From positions 1 through 31,725 of IMG/VR virus record IMGVR_UViG_3300001685_000007: a DNA stretch of 31,725 nt, one strand, 5' to 3'. A program made the position numbers and the translations under genes. Under the pieces are notes generated by a model. That model ran no database searches, was not told the origin of the DNA, and saw only the letters and a program-made list of their open reading frames with translations. Source of the stretch: a virus (lineage: Duplodnaviria > Caudoviricetes). Shown here piece by piece: positions 24,701 to 31,725 of the stretch (position 1 is the stretch's first letter; each line of letters begins with the position of its first letter).

Positions 24701-26209
24701 ATGAAAAAATTCTTTTTAATTATTTTAATTCTTTTACTTAATTATTTACCGGCAAGTGCTGCCAGAGTAACAACAGATTTAGTTGTTTTGTATGACTTTA
24801 CAGAAACAAGTGGTACAGTAATATCAGATAAATCAGATATTGATCCTAAACTTGATTTAACTATTTCCGATCCATTAAAAGTAACATTCTTAGACCCAGG
24901 ATTAAGTGTCACCGCAGCAACCGTTATAAAAACCGCTGTTGCCCATACTAAATTAGCTGCTTCTGAATTTGCGAATGGATTTACAATAGAAGCATGGATC
25001 AAACCATTAAACAATACTCAATCGGGGCCAGCAAGAATTATTACTTTTTCACAAGATAGTGCAGATCGTAACTTTACCTTTGGTCAAGCAGCAGAACATT
25101 GGGATATGCGTTTTAGAACCAGTGATAATCCTGGCAATGGTAGTACCCCAAGTACGGCAACCCCTGCTGCAAGTATTGCCGCAACTCCTGTATTACAGCA
25201 TGTTGTCTATACCAGAAATACATCAGGTAACGCAAAATTTTACATCGATAAGGTTGAAGTAGCAACTCAAACAATATCTGGAGATCTTTCCAATTGGGAT
25301 GAATCTTATGAGTTTGGCTTATTTAATGAGATGTCATATCCTACCGATGATCGAACATGGTTGGGTGATATATATCTGGTAGCTATTTATAAGAAAGCTT
25401 TAACATCTACTGAAGTAGGAGCAAATTATGATAGTGGGTATTTACCTCCTAAACCCCCTATACTATTACCTGCTGTAGAAGAATATGGAAATATTACAGG
25501 AGGTGATACCGAACACATTGAAAAAGTAGATTATAAAATTCCATATGAGATAAGAGGAAATTTTTATCTTGAGTATGAAATATGGGATTCTGATTCAGAT
25601 GGAGAAATTGAAATTTCAGTAAATGACAAAAAACTTGTAGATGTAGCAAGTGCAGGAAATGAAGTATGGTCTGCAAAACGCAGAGTAAAAATTAAAGATA
25701 TTTTATTATGTGATGACAACTTAGAAAATATCATTACTTTTAATAATACAAACAATCCCCCAAACAGTTATTTATGGGGAGTTAGAAATGTTTCTCTGGT
25801 AAAAGACGGAACTATAAGTGGTTTAACTTTATACCAGGAATCAACTGATAAAGATATGACAATTGCATGGGATGCTGTTGTCGATGACAATTATCCTGAT
25901 ATTCATTATGACTTCTTTTTATGGAATCAAGGAGAAGAAAAAAAATATTTAATAGGAGCAACCCAACAAATAGAAGTTACCTTTAAACTTCCACGTACCG
26001 GACTCTTTGCTTTTTATGCAAGGACTTGTGATAGAGCAAAAACAGAAACAGACAGAATATGCTCTCAATGGGCGCACAGCGCATTGGAAAGAGAGGATGG
26101 AACACTTTTTGGTAGAATAGCAGATCCAGCTAATCCAGGCGATCATATTCCTGGTAAATGGATGATATACGGTCACGTTGCCGCACCTACTGGTGGTGGG
26201 ATAGACTAA
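24701..26209 (+). CDS. Secreted LamG (ConA-like lectin) domain protein with C-terminal FN3-like domain
   Basis: Sec signal MKKFFLIILILLLNYLPASA-A; LamG motifs LVVLYDF.E.SG, FTIEAWIKP, QHVVYTR, WLGDIYLVAIYKKALT; Pro linker; FN3-like MTIAWDAV...YDFFLW...FAFYARTC. GGAGG RBS. Confidence 0.85.
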   Translation: MKKFFLIILILLLNYLPASAARVTTDLVVLYDFTETSGTVISDKSDIDPKLDLTISDPLKVTFLDPGLSVTAATVIKTAVAHTKLAASEFANGFTIEAWIKPLNNTQSGPARIITFSQDSADRNFTFGQAAEHWDMRFRTSDNPGNGSTPSTATPAASIAATPVLQHVVYTRNTSGNAKFYIDKVEVATQTISGDLSNWDESYEFGLFNEMSYPTDDRTWLGDIYLVAIYKKALTSTEVGANYDSGYLPPKPPILLPAVEEYGNITGGDTEHIEKVDYKIPYEIRGNFYLEYEIWDSDSDGEIEISVNDKKLVDVASAGNEVWSAKRRVKIKDILLCDDNLENIITFNNTNNPPNSYLWGVRNVSLVKDGTISGLTLYQESTDKDMTIAWDAVVDDNYPDIHYDFFLWNQGEEKKYLIGATQQIEVTFKLPRTGLFAFYARTCDRAKTETDRICSQWAHSALEREDGTLFGRIADPANPGDHIPGKWMIYGHVAAPTGGGID

Positions 26210-26248
26210 TCTATCTCAAAACTAATAAATATATAAGGAGAACAAATT

Positions 26249-26452
26249 ATGCCAGATGAAAGAAGAATTGTTGAACCAAAACCAGATGTTTGTATGCCAC
26301 CGTATTATCCTGATGAGGATAGACAATTGGCAGCAGAATTGATGGCACTTGCTGGTCAACTAATGGACATTGCAAGCAGGGTGATTAAACCAGACCATTA
26401 CTGGATTCAAAACCCTCCACCACCTCCAATTGAACCATTTGAAGATGCCTAA
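26249..26452 (+). CDS. Small Pro-rich hypothetical protein
   Basis: AAGGAG RBS; 67 aa; NPPPPPIEP tail. Confidence 0.6.
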   Translation: MPDERRIVEPKPDVCMPPYYPDEDRQLAAELMALAGQLMDIASRVIKPDHYWIQNPPPPPIEPFEDA

Positions 26453-26483
26453 TAACCAATAACCAATAACCAATAACCAATAA
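26451..26483. repeat. Tandem heptamer repeat (AATAACC)x4 plus partial copy
   Basis: aataacc aataacc aataacc aataacc aataa, read directly. Confidence 0.9.
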
Positions 26484-26505
26484 ATTTATAAGGAGAAATA
26501 AAATT

Positions 26506-26844
26506 ATGGGAGCAAATTTAAAATTTAAACCAAGTGGATCAGCAGACTTGGCGAGATATGAGCTTTATTACAAACCTCATGAAGCCGGTGTTCCGTTAAC
26601 CCCTAACAACTCTGTTGCCAAGGTCGATCTTGGTAATCCAGCAGTACAGGCAGATGGTTTCATTCATGTTCCATTGAATACCATTGCCGAATTGCAAAGC
26701 CTTGATGGTGAATATGATCTTGGTGTTGCAGCAATTGATGATGCTGGAAATGTTTCACCGTTACTGACTCAAGGGCTTGTAAATATAAGCCTGGATTTTT
26801 TAGCACCAAACCCTCCATCGGAAGCGAGCGTATACTGGAATTGA
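26506..26844 (+). CDS. Stand-alone FN3/Ig-like domain protein
   Basis: LKFKPSGSADLARYELYY...GEYDLGVAAIDDAGNVSP...APNPP fits the FN3 strand pattern; no signal peptide. Confidence 0.7.
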   Translation: MGANLKFKPSGSADLARYELYYKPHEAGVPLTPNNSVAKVDLGNPAVQADGFIHVPLNTIAELQSLDGEYDLGVAAIDDAGNVSPLLTQGLVNISLDFLAPNPPSEASVYWN

Positions 26845-26987
26845 TTGATTTTTATATCGATCTCTGGTGGACTTGTAAATCAGATAATCCAGTTGGAGAA
26901 TTTCTGCATTTAGTTATAAAACATAATAGGAAACAGCAGGAATTTAAGGATTACAGGAGGGATTATTTACATTAGATTTTAAATGGT

Positions 26988-27057
26988 TTGCGTGGGTATT
27001 GCTTATTAAGGAGGGTTTTACTTGAAAGGTGCTGCTCCTCCTTGCGTACCCACGCAA
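26988..27057 (+). other. Long multi-tier RNA stem-loop (processing site, attenuator or small RNA)
   Basis: TTGCGTGGGTA/TACCCACGCAA (11 bp perfect); inner AAGGAGG/CCTCCTT; apical ACT-TGAAA-GGT. Confidence 0.55.
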
Positions 27058-27095
27058 TTAATAAATGAGGGGGATAATTTTTAAAAGGAAAAATT

Positions 27096-27326
27096 ATGCT
27101 TTTGTATGATCCAAGATTTAATCGTAAAATAAAAACTGATAACCCTGCTATTGTATTAGCAAATGAAGTAGTAAAAACCAGATTTGTAAATCCCGATGAA
27201 AATTTTTGGGATAGAATAAAACAACTCGCTAATTACTGCGATTTTGATATGAATGAAGATGCAAAGAAAAAATTGGTCAAGAAAAATCTGGTTCGATCCC
27301 AAACATCGAAAATTAAAAAGACATAG
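27096..27326 (+). CDS. Hypothetical protein
   Basis: 76 aa; AAGGA RBS. Confidence 0.5.
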   Translation: MLLYDPRFNRKIKTDNPAIVLANEVVKTRFVNPDENFWDRIKQLANYCDFDMNEDAKKKLVKKNLVRSQTSKIKKT

Positions 27327-27438
27327 ATTATTATTCTATTGTCCTAAATATAACTGGATCTTATCAGGTTGTGATTTAGCCTGTGATCCCTGTCCAGCAT
27401 TAAGATATAAGAAGGAGGAAAAGAAAGGAGAAAAATAA
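27253..27438 (+). CDS. Small Cys-rich hypothetical protein
   Basis: YCP...GCDLACDPCP; abuts the next gene. Confidence 0.45.
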   Translation: MKMQRKNWSRKIWFDPKHRKLKRHRLLFYCPKYNWILSGCDLACDPCPALRYKKEEKKGEK

Positions 27439-27819
27439 ATGGAAACTGCATTCTTTATTCGGTTATCGTTGATTGCATTGCAGCTTTTACTTCAACAACA
27501 TGGTGGTTCCTATGGTGTAGCCGATCCTGACGTTTTTTTTCTTGAAGGAAACAGGATAGTTCTTACAGGTGAGTTTAAAGATGTAAAAAAGATAATTTTA
27601 TGTGATGATAAGTTTTTAAATAAGTGTGGTCTTAGAAATGAACAAAGAATATTGATGAAAGGTCAAACTCAAATACTTCTTGAAATCTCAACCCATCCCT
27701 GGAATATTGGAGAACCAGTTTGGTATCATACTGTTCCCTCAACAAGAAAAAAGGGATACCGATTTATAATTGGTATGATCTACAGTACAATTACGCCAAT
27801 TACAGAAGGGGGATATTGA
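27439..27819 (+). CDS. Hypothetical protein, possibly with an N-terminal signal/anchor
   Basis: AAGGAG RBS; hydrophobic N-terminus FFIRLSLIALQLLL. Confidence 0.55.
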   Translation: METAFFIRLSLIALQLLLQQHGGSYGVADPDVFFLEGNRIVLTGEFKDVKKIILCDDKFLNKCGLRNEQRILMKGQTQILLEISTHPWNIGEPVWYHTVPSTRKKGYRFIIGMIYSTITPITEGGY

Positions 27820-28049
27820 TGAAATCAAGAAGATCAAAAGCAACAGCAAAATGGTTGGAAGATACAGATCCAATCAAAGTAATGATCTATCATATTTTAG
27901 TTTATTTTAAATTTCTTATTATCACTCTAATTATTTATGTCTTTATTCTCACCTTATCTGAATTTTTATTTACAGTCGAAAACATAGGGGGTGTAGCAAA
28001 AGGAAGTTATACCTATCATGAAAGAAAATTTAATAATATCTTATTGTAA
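27819..28049 (+). CDS. Small membrane protein
   Basis: TGATG coupling gives the start MKSRRSK; hydrophobic stretch ILVYFKFLIITLIIYVFILTL. Confidence 0.5.
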   Translation: MKSRRSKATAKWLEDTDPIKVMIYHILVYFKFLIITLIIYVFILTLSEFLFTVENIGGVAKGSYTYHERKFNNILL

Positions 28050-28155
28050 AAAATGTGATAAGTATTGGCAAGATGTCAAGTATTGTACCAAATGGAATAA
28101 ATTTTCGTTTAATTCCAACTTTGATGATATAATTAAAAAATGTGTAAAAAATTAA
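28018..28155 (+). CDS. 45-aa Cys-motif mini-protein (absent from the ORF track)
   Basis: MKENLIISYCKKCDKYWQDVKYCTKWNKF...KKCVKN; AAGGA upstream. Confidence 0.4.
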   Translation: MKENLIISYCKKCDKYWQDVKYCTKWNKFSFNSNFDDIIKKCVKN

Positions 28156-28170
28156 AAAGGAGAAATTATT

Positions 28171-28533
28171 ATGCCTAAACCACCGCCGAATGTACCACCA
28201 ATAACCCCATCGAATATGATCCCACCTGGACAAGTAAACTTTTCAAAAGAAGCAATCAACTCTGCTATTGAAATGAAATGTTTAAATGAAATCAAATTTA
28301 ATGACTCTGATGAAATAAAAATTTGTGGTGGTCAGATCTTTGTTGAAGCAGCACGATTAAGGTATATCTCACCGATTATGTCACCAACCGGACAACAGAC
28401 AGTAGCTACAATTAACGTTGGTAAGCTCTGTATAACCTGTGGTAAGATCTTTCAACCTGATGAATGGTTAAAGAAGCATCATGAGGAGGAAAAGGCCACA
28501 AAAGGCACTATTCTTGATAAAAGCGGTAAATAA
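28171..28533 (+). CDS. Hypothetical Zn-binding phage protein
   Basis: KC...ICGGQIF...ISPIMSPTGQ...LCITCGKI; AAGGAG RBS. Confidence 0.6.
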   Translation: MPKPPPNVPPITPSNMIPPGQVNFSKEAINSAIEMKCLNEIKFNDSDEIKICGGQIFVEAARLRYISPIMSPTGQQTVATINVGKLCITCGKIFQPDEWLKKHHEEEKATKGTILDKSGK

Positions 28534-28544
28534 AGGAAACAGTC

Positions 28545-28718
28545 ATGCTTGAATCAATGAAAATATATTCTTGTGCAGTATGTGGTAATGCGTTAGTAGG
28601 TATGGAATGGGAAGATTGCCCCGATCCCCAAGGTTTTTTCACTTTTCAATGTAAATCATGTGGACATAATTTCAATGAAGAAGAACTCTACTCAGAAGAC
28701 GGCCCCAACACCGGATAA
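28545..28718 (+). CDS. 57-aa zinc-ribbon protein (absent from the ORF track)
   Basis: MLESMKIYSCAVCGNALVG...FQCKSCGHNFNEEELY; AAGGA RBS. Confidence 0.6.
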   Translation: MLESMKIYSCAVCGNALVGMEWEDCPDPQGFFTFQCKSCGHNFNEEELYSEDGPNTG

Positions 28719-28869
28719 AAGAACTAAACAATGTCCTATATGTGAAGGGCCAGTAAAAGAAGAAGACCACGGCAATAGTGTATCAGTTATTTGTTATAAT
28801 TGTAATGTTTCCCCTACTGTTATTGGATATTATAGGAAAAAAAGAAAAACTGATTCGATTAAGAAATGA
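28660..28869 (+). CDS. Zinc-ribbon protein
   Basis: CPICEG...ICYNCN; the true start is probably the internal Met. Confidence 0.55.
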   Translation: MDIISMKKNSTQKTAPTPDKRTKQCPICEGPVKEEDHGNSVSVICYNCNVSPTVIGYYRKKRKTDSIKK

Positions 28870-29297
28870 AAATAACCTTAAATATAAATGAGTTACCTCG
28901 ATGGAATCGTATTGCAATTATTGGAAAGGAGAGAATACAAATGATTAAAGAAGTTATTGATACTGTTATCGGCAATGAAGCATTTGATGCTGTAGTTTCA
29001 CTTAATGATGAAATTGATGATTGTTTTTGGAATGACAAATCACTTTCAGAAGAACATCAAAATAAATTACAAGAAACCATATATAATTACAAATTGGAAT
29101 TTTATTCCGATGGCAATGATTTTTGCATTGAATTTTTAGGAGTACAAATTTGGAACTCTGAAGATGATGAAAGAGAGTATGACGATGACAAGGATGATTA
29201 CGCAGAATCAATAAAGGCGTATGTTTACAGGACAATGGTTGAAACAATTATAGACTTAGACTTGGTTAAAAACTACTTACTAAAAAAAGGAGAATAA
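28866..29297 (+). CDS. Acidic hypothetical protein
   Basis: 143 aa; IEFLGVQIWNSEDDERE; ATGA-coupled. Confidence 0.6.
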   Translation: MKITLNINELPRWNRIAIIGKERIQMIKEVIDTVIGNEAFDAVVSLNDEIDDCFWNDKSLSEEHQNKLQETIYNYKLEFYSDGNDFCIEFLGVQIWNSEDDEREYDDDKDDYAESIKAYVYRTMVETIIDLDLVKNYLLKKGE

Positions 29298-29302
29298 AGA
29301 CC

Positions 29303-29710
29303 ATGCCAGAAGAAAAAAATCAATTAGAGGAATTAGAAGAAGGAATTGAAAAAATTGAAGAAAAAATGGGTTTAAATGATGCTGCTGAAATAGCCGATTT
29401 ATCTGATGATCTGGTCAATCAAATGAAAGCAGCACAAACATCGATTCGACCAATTCCCTCCGTATTTACTTTCCCCCTTGGCACAGAAGTCAAAACCCGT
29501 AGTGATGAAATTGGATATATTGAAATATGTGCAATTGATTTTCGGGGGGAAATTTATCTGGTACATTTTAAAAGTGATAACTCCAGTTGGTATTCTCCTG
29601 CCGAATTAAAAAGAATAGATACAATTGCCCCCTATCATAAAGATCCAGTTCCCCCTGCTGAATCAAAACCAAAAACTGATTTTCCAGAAGAATTAAATGA
29701 GGGAGGTTGA
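29303..29710 (+). CDS. Hypothetical protein (acidic N-terminus, possible SH3-like barrel)
   Basis: AAGGAG RBS; FPLGTEVKT...GYI...YLVHF...WYSPAEL. Confidence 0.55.
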   Translation: MPEEKNQLEELEEGIEKIEEKMGLNDAAEIADLSDDLVNQMKAAQTSIRPIPSVFTFPLGTEVKTRSDEIGYIEICAIDFRGEIYLVHFKSDNSSWYSPAELKRIDTIAPYHKDPVPPAESKPKTDFPEELNEGG

Positions 29711-29713
29711 TTA

Positions 29714-29938
29714 ATGCTATTATATAAAACAGTTTATCAGACAGAAATTGAAAAAATCGTTCAAACCCATAGCAAATGGCATGGATCTGCCAAAGATGCA
29801 GGATCATTTCGCAAAACCTCCAGACAAAAATATGGTTATATCCCCAATTCAATCCAATCAGCTAAAATCATTGTACCCACCAATAAAACAGATATGATAA
29901 AGTTTTTAAATAGTAATCTTATTAAAAGTATCTATTAA
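29714..29938 (+). CDS. Hypothetical protein
   Basis: GGAGG RBS; 74 aa. Confidence 0.55.
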   Translation: MLLYKTVYQTEIEKIVQTHSKWHGSAKDAGSFRKTSRQKYGYIPNSIQSAKIIVPTNKTDMIKFLNSNLIKSIY

Positions 29939-29949
29939 AGGAGGGAGGT

Positions 29950-30105
29950 ATGCCAAAACCAAATGATGATGAAACAAGACAAGAATGGATGGCCCGATGT
30001 GTTCCTGTTTTAATTAATGAAGGCAGATCTCAAGCTCAAGCTGTGGCAATCTGCTCCTCGATGTGGGATGACAAACTTTTAGAAGAAGTTGAATTAGAGG
30101 ACTAA
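29950..30105 (+). CDS. 51-aa conserved phage-type mini-protein (absent from the ORF track)
   Basis: GGAGGGAGG RBS; MPKPNDDETRQEWMARCVPVLINEGRSQAQAVAICSSMWDDKLLEEVELED. Confidence 0.7.
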   Translation: MPKPNDDETRQEWMARCVPVLINEGRSQAQAVAICSSMWDDKLLEEVELED

Positions 30106-30509
30106 TGAAATTAGATGGTTTCAAAAAATTCATTCATAAAGGTGGATCTTATATACCAAAGGTATGTATTCGCAAAAATGGTCAAATATCATTCAATGCA
30201 GGTGCTGTCAATAAATTCGATCTTGATATATTTAAATTCGTCATGATTTACATATCAGAAGATAAGAAAAGAATAGCAATCAAATTCACCAATAATGAAA
30301 AAGAAAGTGGTTTATGCGCCATTCAGAAAAGACCAGGAAGCTTTGCCTTCTCAGCAATCAGTTTTTTAAGAATGAACGACATTCCTTTTGATGAAACCAT
30401 CAATTTCGACTTTATATGGGATCAAAAAGAAAAGATCGCCTTTTTTAGACCTCTTGATGACATTGACATTATAAAAAATAAGCAATTATATGATAAGAAA
30501 GGAGCATAG
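30105..30509 (+). CDS. Hypothetical protein (possible AbrB-like swapped-hairpin fold)
   Basis: VCIRKNGQISFNAGAVNKFDL...VMIYISEDKKRIAIKF; TAATG-coupled. Confidence 0.5.
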   Translation: MKLDGFKKFIHKGGSYIPKVCIRKNGQISFNAGAVNKFDLDIFKFVMIYISEDKKRIAIKFTNNEKESGLCAIQKRPGSFAFSAISFLRMNDIPFDETINFDFIWDQKEKIAFFRPLDDIDIIKNKQLYDKKGA

Positions 30510-30515
30510 AGCGAT

Positions 30516-30905
30516 ATGAATAAAAAAAAAGATCTATTAGATATATTAAAAAACCTTACCATTGTCTTATCAGTATCAGGAACAATAACATTAGCCTGGG
30601 ATGCGAATACCGAACCTGATTTATCTGGTTATAAGATCTATTATGGACTTGAATCAAGAAATTATACCAATACAATCGATGTATCTCAAAAGGATTTTGG
30701 CCCCGATTGCACTCCATACGATCCATTTAAAACTGAATGCTGTGAAGTTACATTAGAGGGATTCACCAAAGGCAAAACCTATTATTTCGCAGCAACCGCA
30801 TATGACGAAGAAGACAATGAATCAGCCTATTCTGAAGAACTAACCCATACCTTTGATGGAACCCACAAGACAATTCAAATGCCAGGAGGTTATAAAAAGA
30901 AATGA
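30516..30905 (+). CDS. Fibronectin type III domain protein
   Basis: ITLAWDANTEPDLSGYKIYYG...VTLEGFTKGKTYYFAATAYDEEDNESAYSEEL is a canonical bacterial FN3. Confidence 0.9.
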   Translation: MNKKKDLLDILKNLTIVLSVSGTITLAWDANTEPDLSGYKIYYGLESRNYTNTIDVSQKDFGPDCTPYDPFKTECCEVTLEGFTKGKTYYFAATAYDEEDNESAYSEELTHTFDGTHKTIQMPGGYKKK

Positions 30906-31126
30906 GTCAAAGTCAACGAAGTTTCCATATACATATATATCAAATCAGTGGAATGTGTGAATTGGATGTTGAAGCTGATAATAGCAATGAAGCAAGAACT
31001 AAAGCTATGAAGATAGTCTTGGAAAAGCATTATGGTATGATGTTTCCCGATATAAGGCAAATAGCACTAACCTTTGATGAAGATGACGAACCCAAAGGTG
31101 ACAGTGAAGGTAATGGTATATCATGA
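30902..31126 (+). CDS. Hypothetical protein, last gene of the rightward arm in this window
   Basis: ATGA-coupled; 74 aa; DVEADNSNEARTKA. Confidence 0.55.
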   Translation: MSQSQRSFHIHIYQISGMCELDVEADNSNEARTKAMKIVLEKHYGMMFPDIRQIALTFDEDDEPKGDSEGNGIS

Positions 31127-31283
31127 GGAACATACTCACTATGATTCGTTATAGCGTAATAATAGCGTGGTATTCCGTCCTACTAATGGTACTAATCATA
31201 TATTCCAATTAAAAACGTACCAAAGTGTTTTTTTTTAGGTAACATACTCACTTTTGGTTCGTTTTCATTATATCATTACTTAC

Positions 31284-31320
31284 GGCCCTAATTTTGGACT
31301 CCAATTAGGGCTTTTTCTTT
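31284..31320 (+). terminator. Intrinsic terminator
   Basis: GCCCTAATT-TTGGACTCC-AATTAGGGC followed by TTTTTCTTT. Confidence 0.7.
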
Positions 31321-31584
31321 CCGTCCACGTCACGCAAACAACGATTAAGACCCTCCACGGCAGTTTCTGCTAAATCTCCACATATCCCACCATAAGCACC
31401 TAAACTAACTAAAAAGACGTTATTTGACCTTAAAATGGGTTATTTTGGGCTATAATACGTTACTTTTTTGAGCTTATAAAAAAACGTATTTTTGGATAAT
31501 GGGCCATTTCTCCCCTAAACGTACTATATTATTATGAAAACTTAAAATTATAAAAATTTGTTGCGGGGGGTGGTAGCCCTGGCG

Positions 31585-31702
31585 TCAATCAATCAATCAA
31601 TCGGTCGGTTTTGTGTATATGCACCAATTGATTGATTGATTGATTGTATATCAATTGATTGATTGATTGTATATCAACTTATATCATTATCAATCAATCA
31701 AT
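31585..31702. repeat. Inverted tetranucleotide arrays (CAAT)n / (ATTG)n
   Basis: (TCAA)4TC at 31585-31602; (ATTG)5 at 31627-31646; TATATCA; (ATTG)4 at 31654-31669; TATATCA; (CAAT)3 at 31691-31702. Confidence 0.9.
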
Positions 31703-31725
31703 TAATATGTTGCACTTGCAAGCTA

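Noticed and set aside
24396-24741. ORFs 24396-24608 and 24553-24741
   Set aside because: They overlap better-supported genes and lack a clear RBS; the second may be a small membrane peptide but cannot be supported.
14363-31126. Archaeal host suggested by the C2H2 finger and many Zn ribbons
   Set aside because: TTGACA/-10 promoters, stem-loop plus U-tract terminators and bacterial-style FN3/LamG domains favour a bacterial host.
31585-31702. CRISPR array or telomere-resolvase site
   Set aside because: The repeats are 4-nt microsatellites without unique spacers; there is no long perfect palindrome and no cas or protelomerase gene in the window.

Overview
An AT-rich segment of a tailed dsDNA bacteriophage (Caudoviricetes, HK97-type head, probably siphovirus-like) with two divergent arms meeting at about 14.3 kb. 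The minus-strand arm (14261 to <1) is the morphogenesis module: small and large terminase, portal with a C-terminal MuF-like extension, prohead protease with an acidic tail, major capsid, capsid decoration, head-tail connector, head closure, neck/tail completion, tail terminator, a Zn-ribbon protein, tail tube, a CxxCxxCC protein and two large putative virion proteins, the last truncated by the window edge. The plus-strand arm (14363-31126) begins with an HTH replication-initiator-like gene holding an iteron-like origin, then a histone H1 (Hc1)-like gene and a C2H2 zinc finger. It continues with an accessory island: two Methyltransf_24-type methyltransferases, a prepilin-like mini-protein, a cupin, a RebB (R-body)-like gene with an amphipathic partner, a radical SAM/SPASM enzyme, a GT-A glycosyltransferase and a beta-propeller. 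After that come a secreted LamG+FN3 protein, two stand-alone FN3 proteins and many small Cys-rich ORFs. The window ends in non-coding DNA with inverted (CAAT)n/(ATTG)n arrays. AGGAGG-type RBSs and TTGACA promoters point to a bacterial host; the FN3/LamG style suggests an anaerobe such as Desulfobacterota (inference only). No integrase, lysis genes, tape measure, tRNA or CRISPR array were recognised. All family calls come from motif recognition by eye, with no database search.
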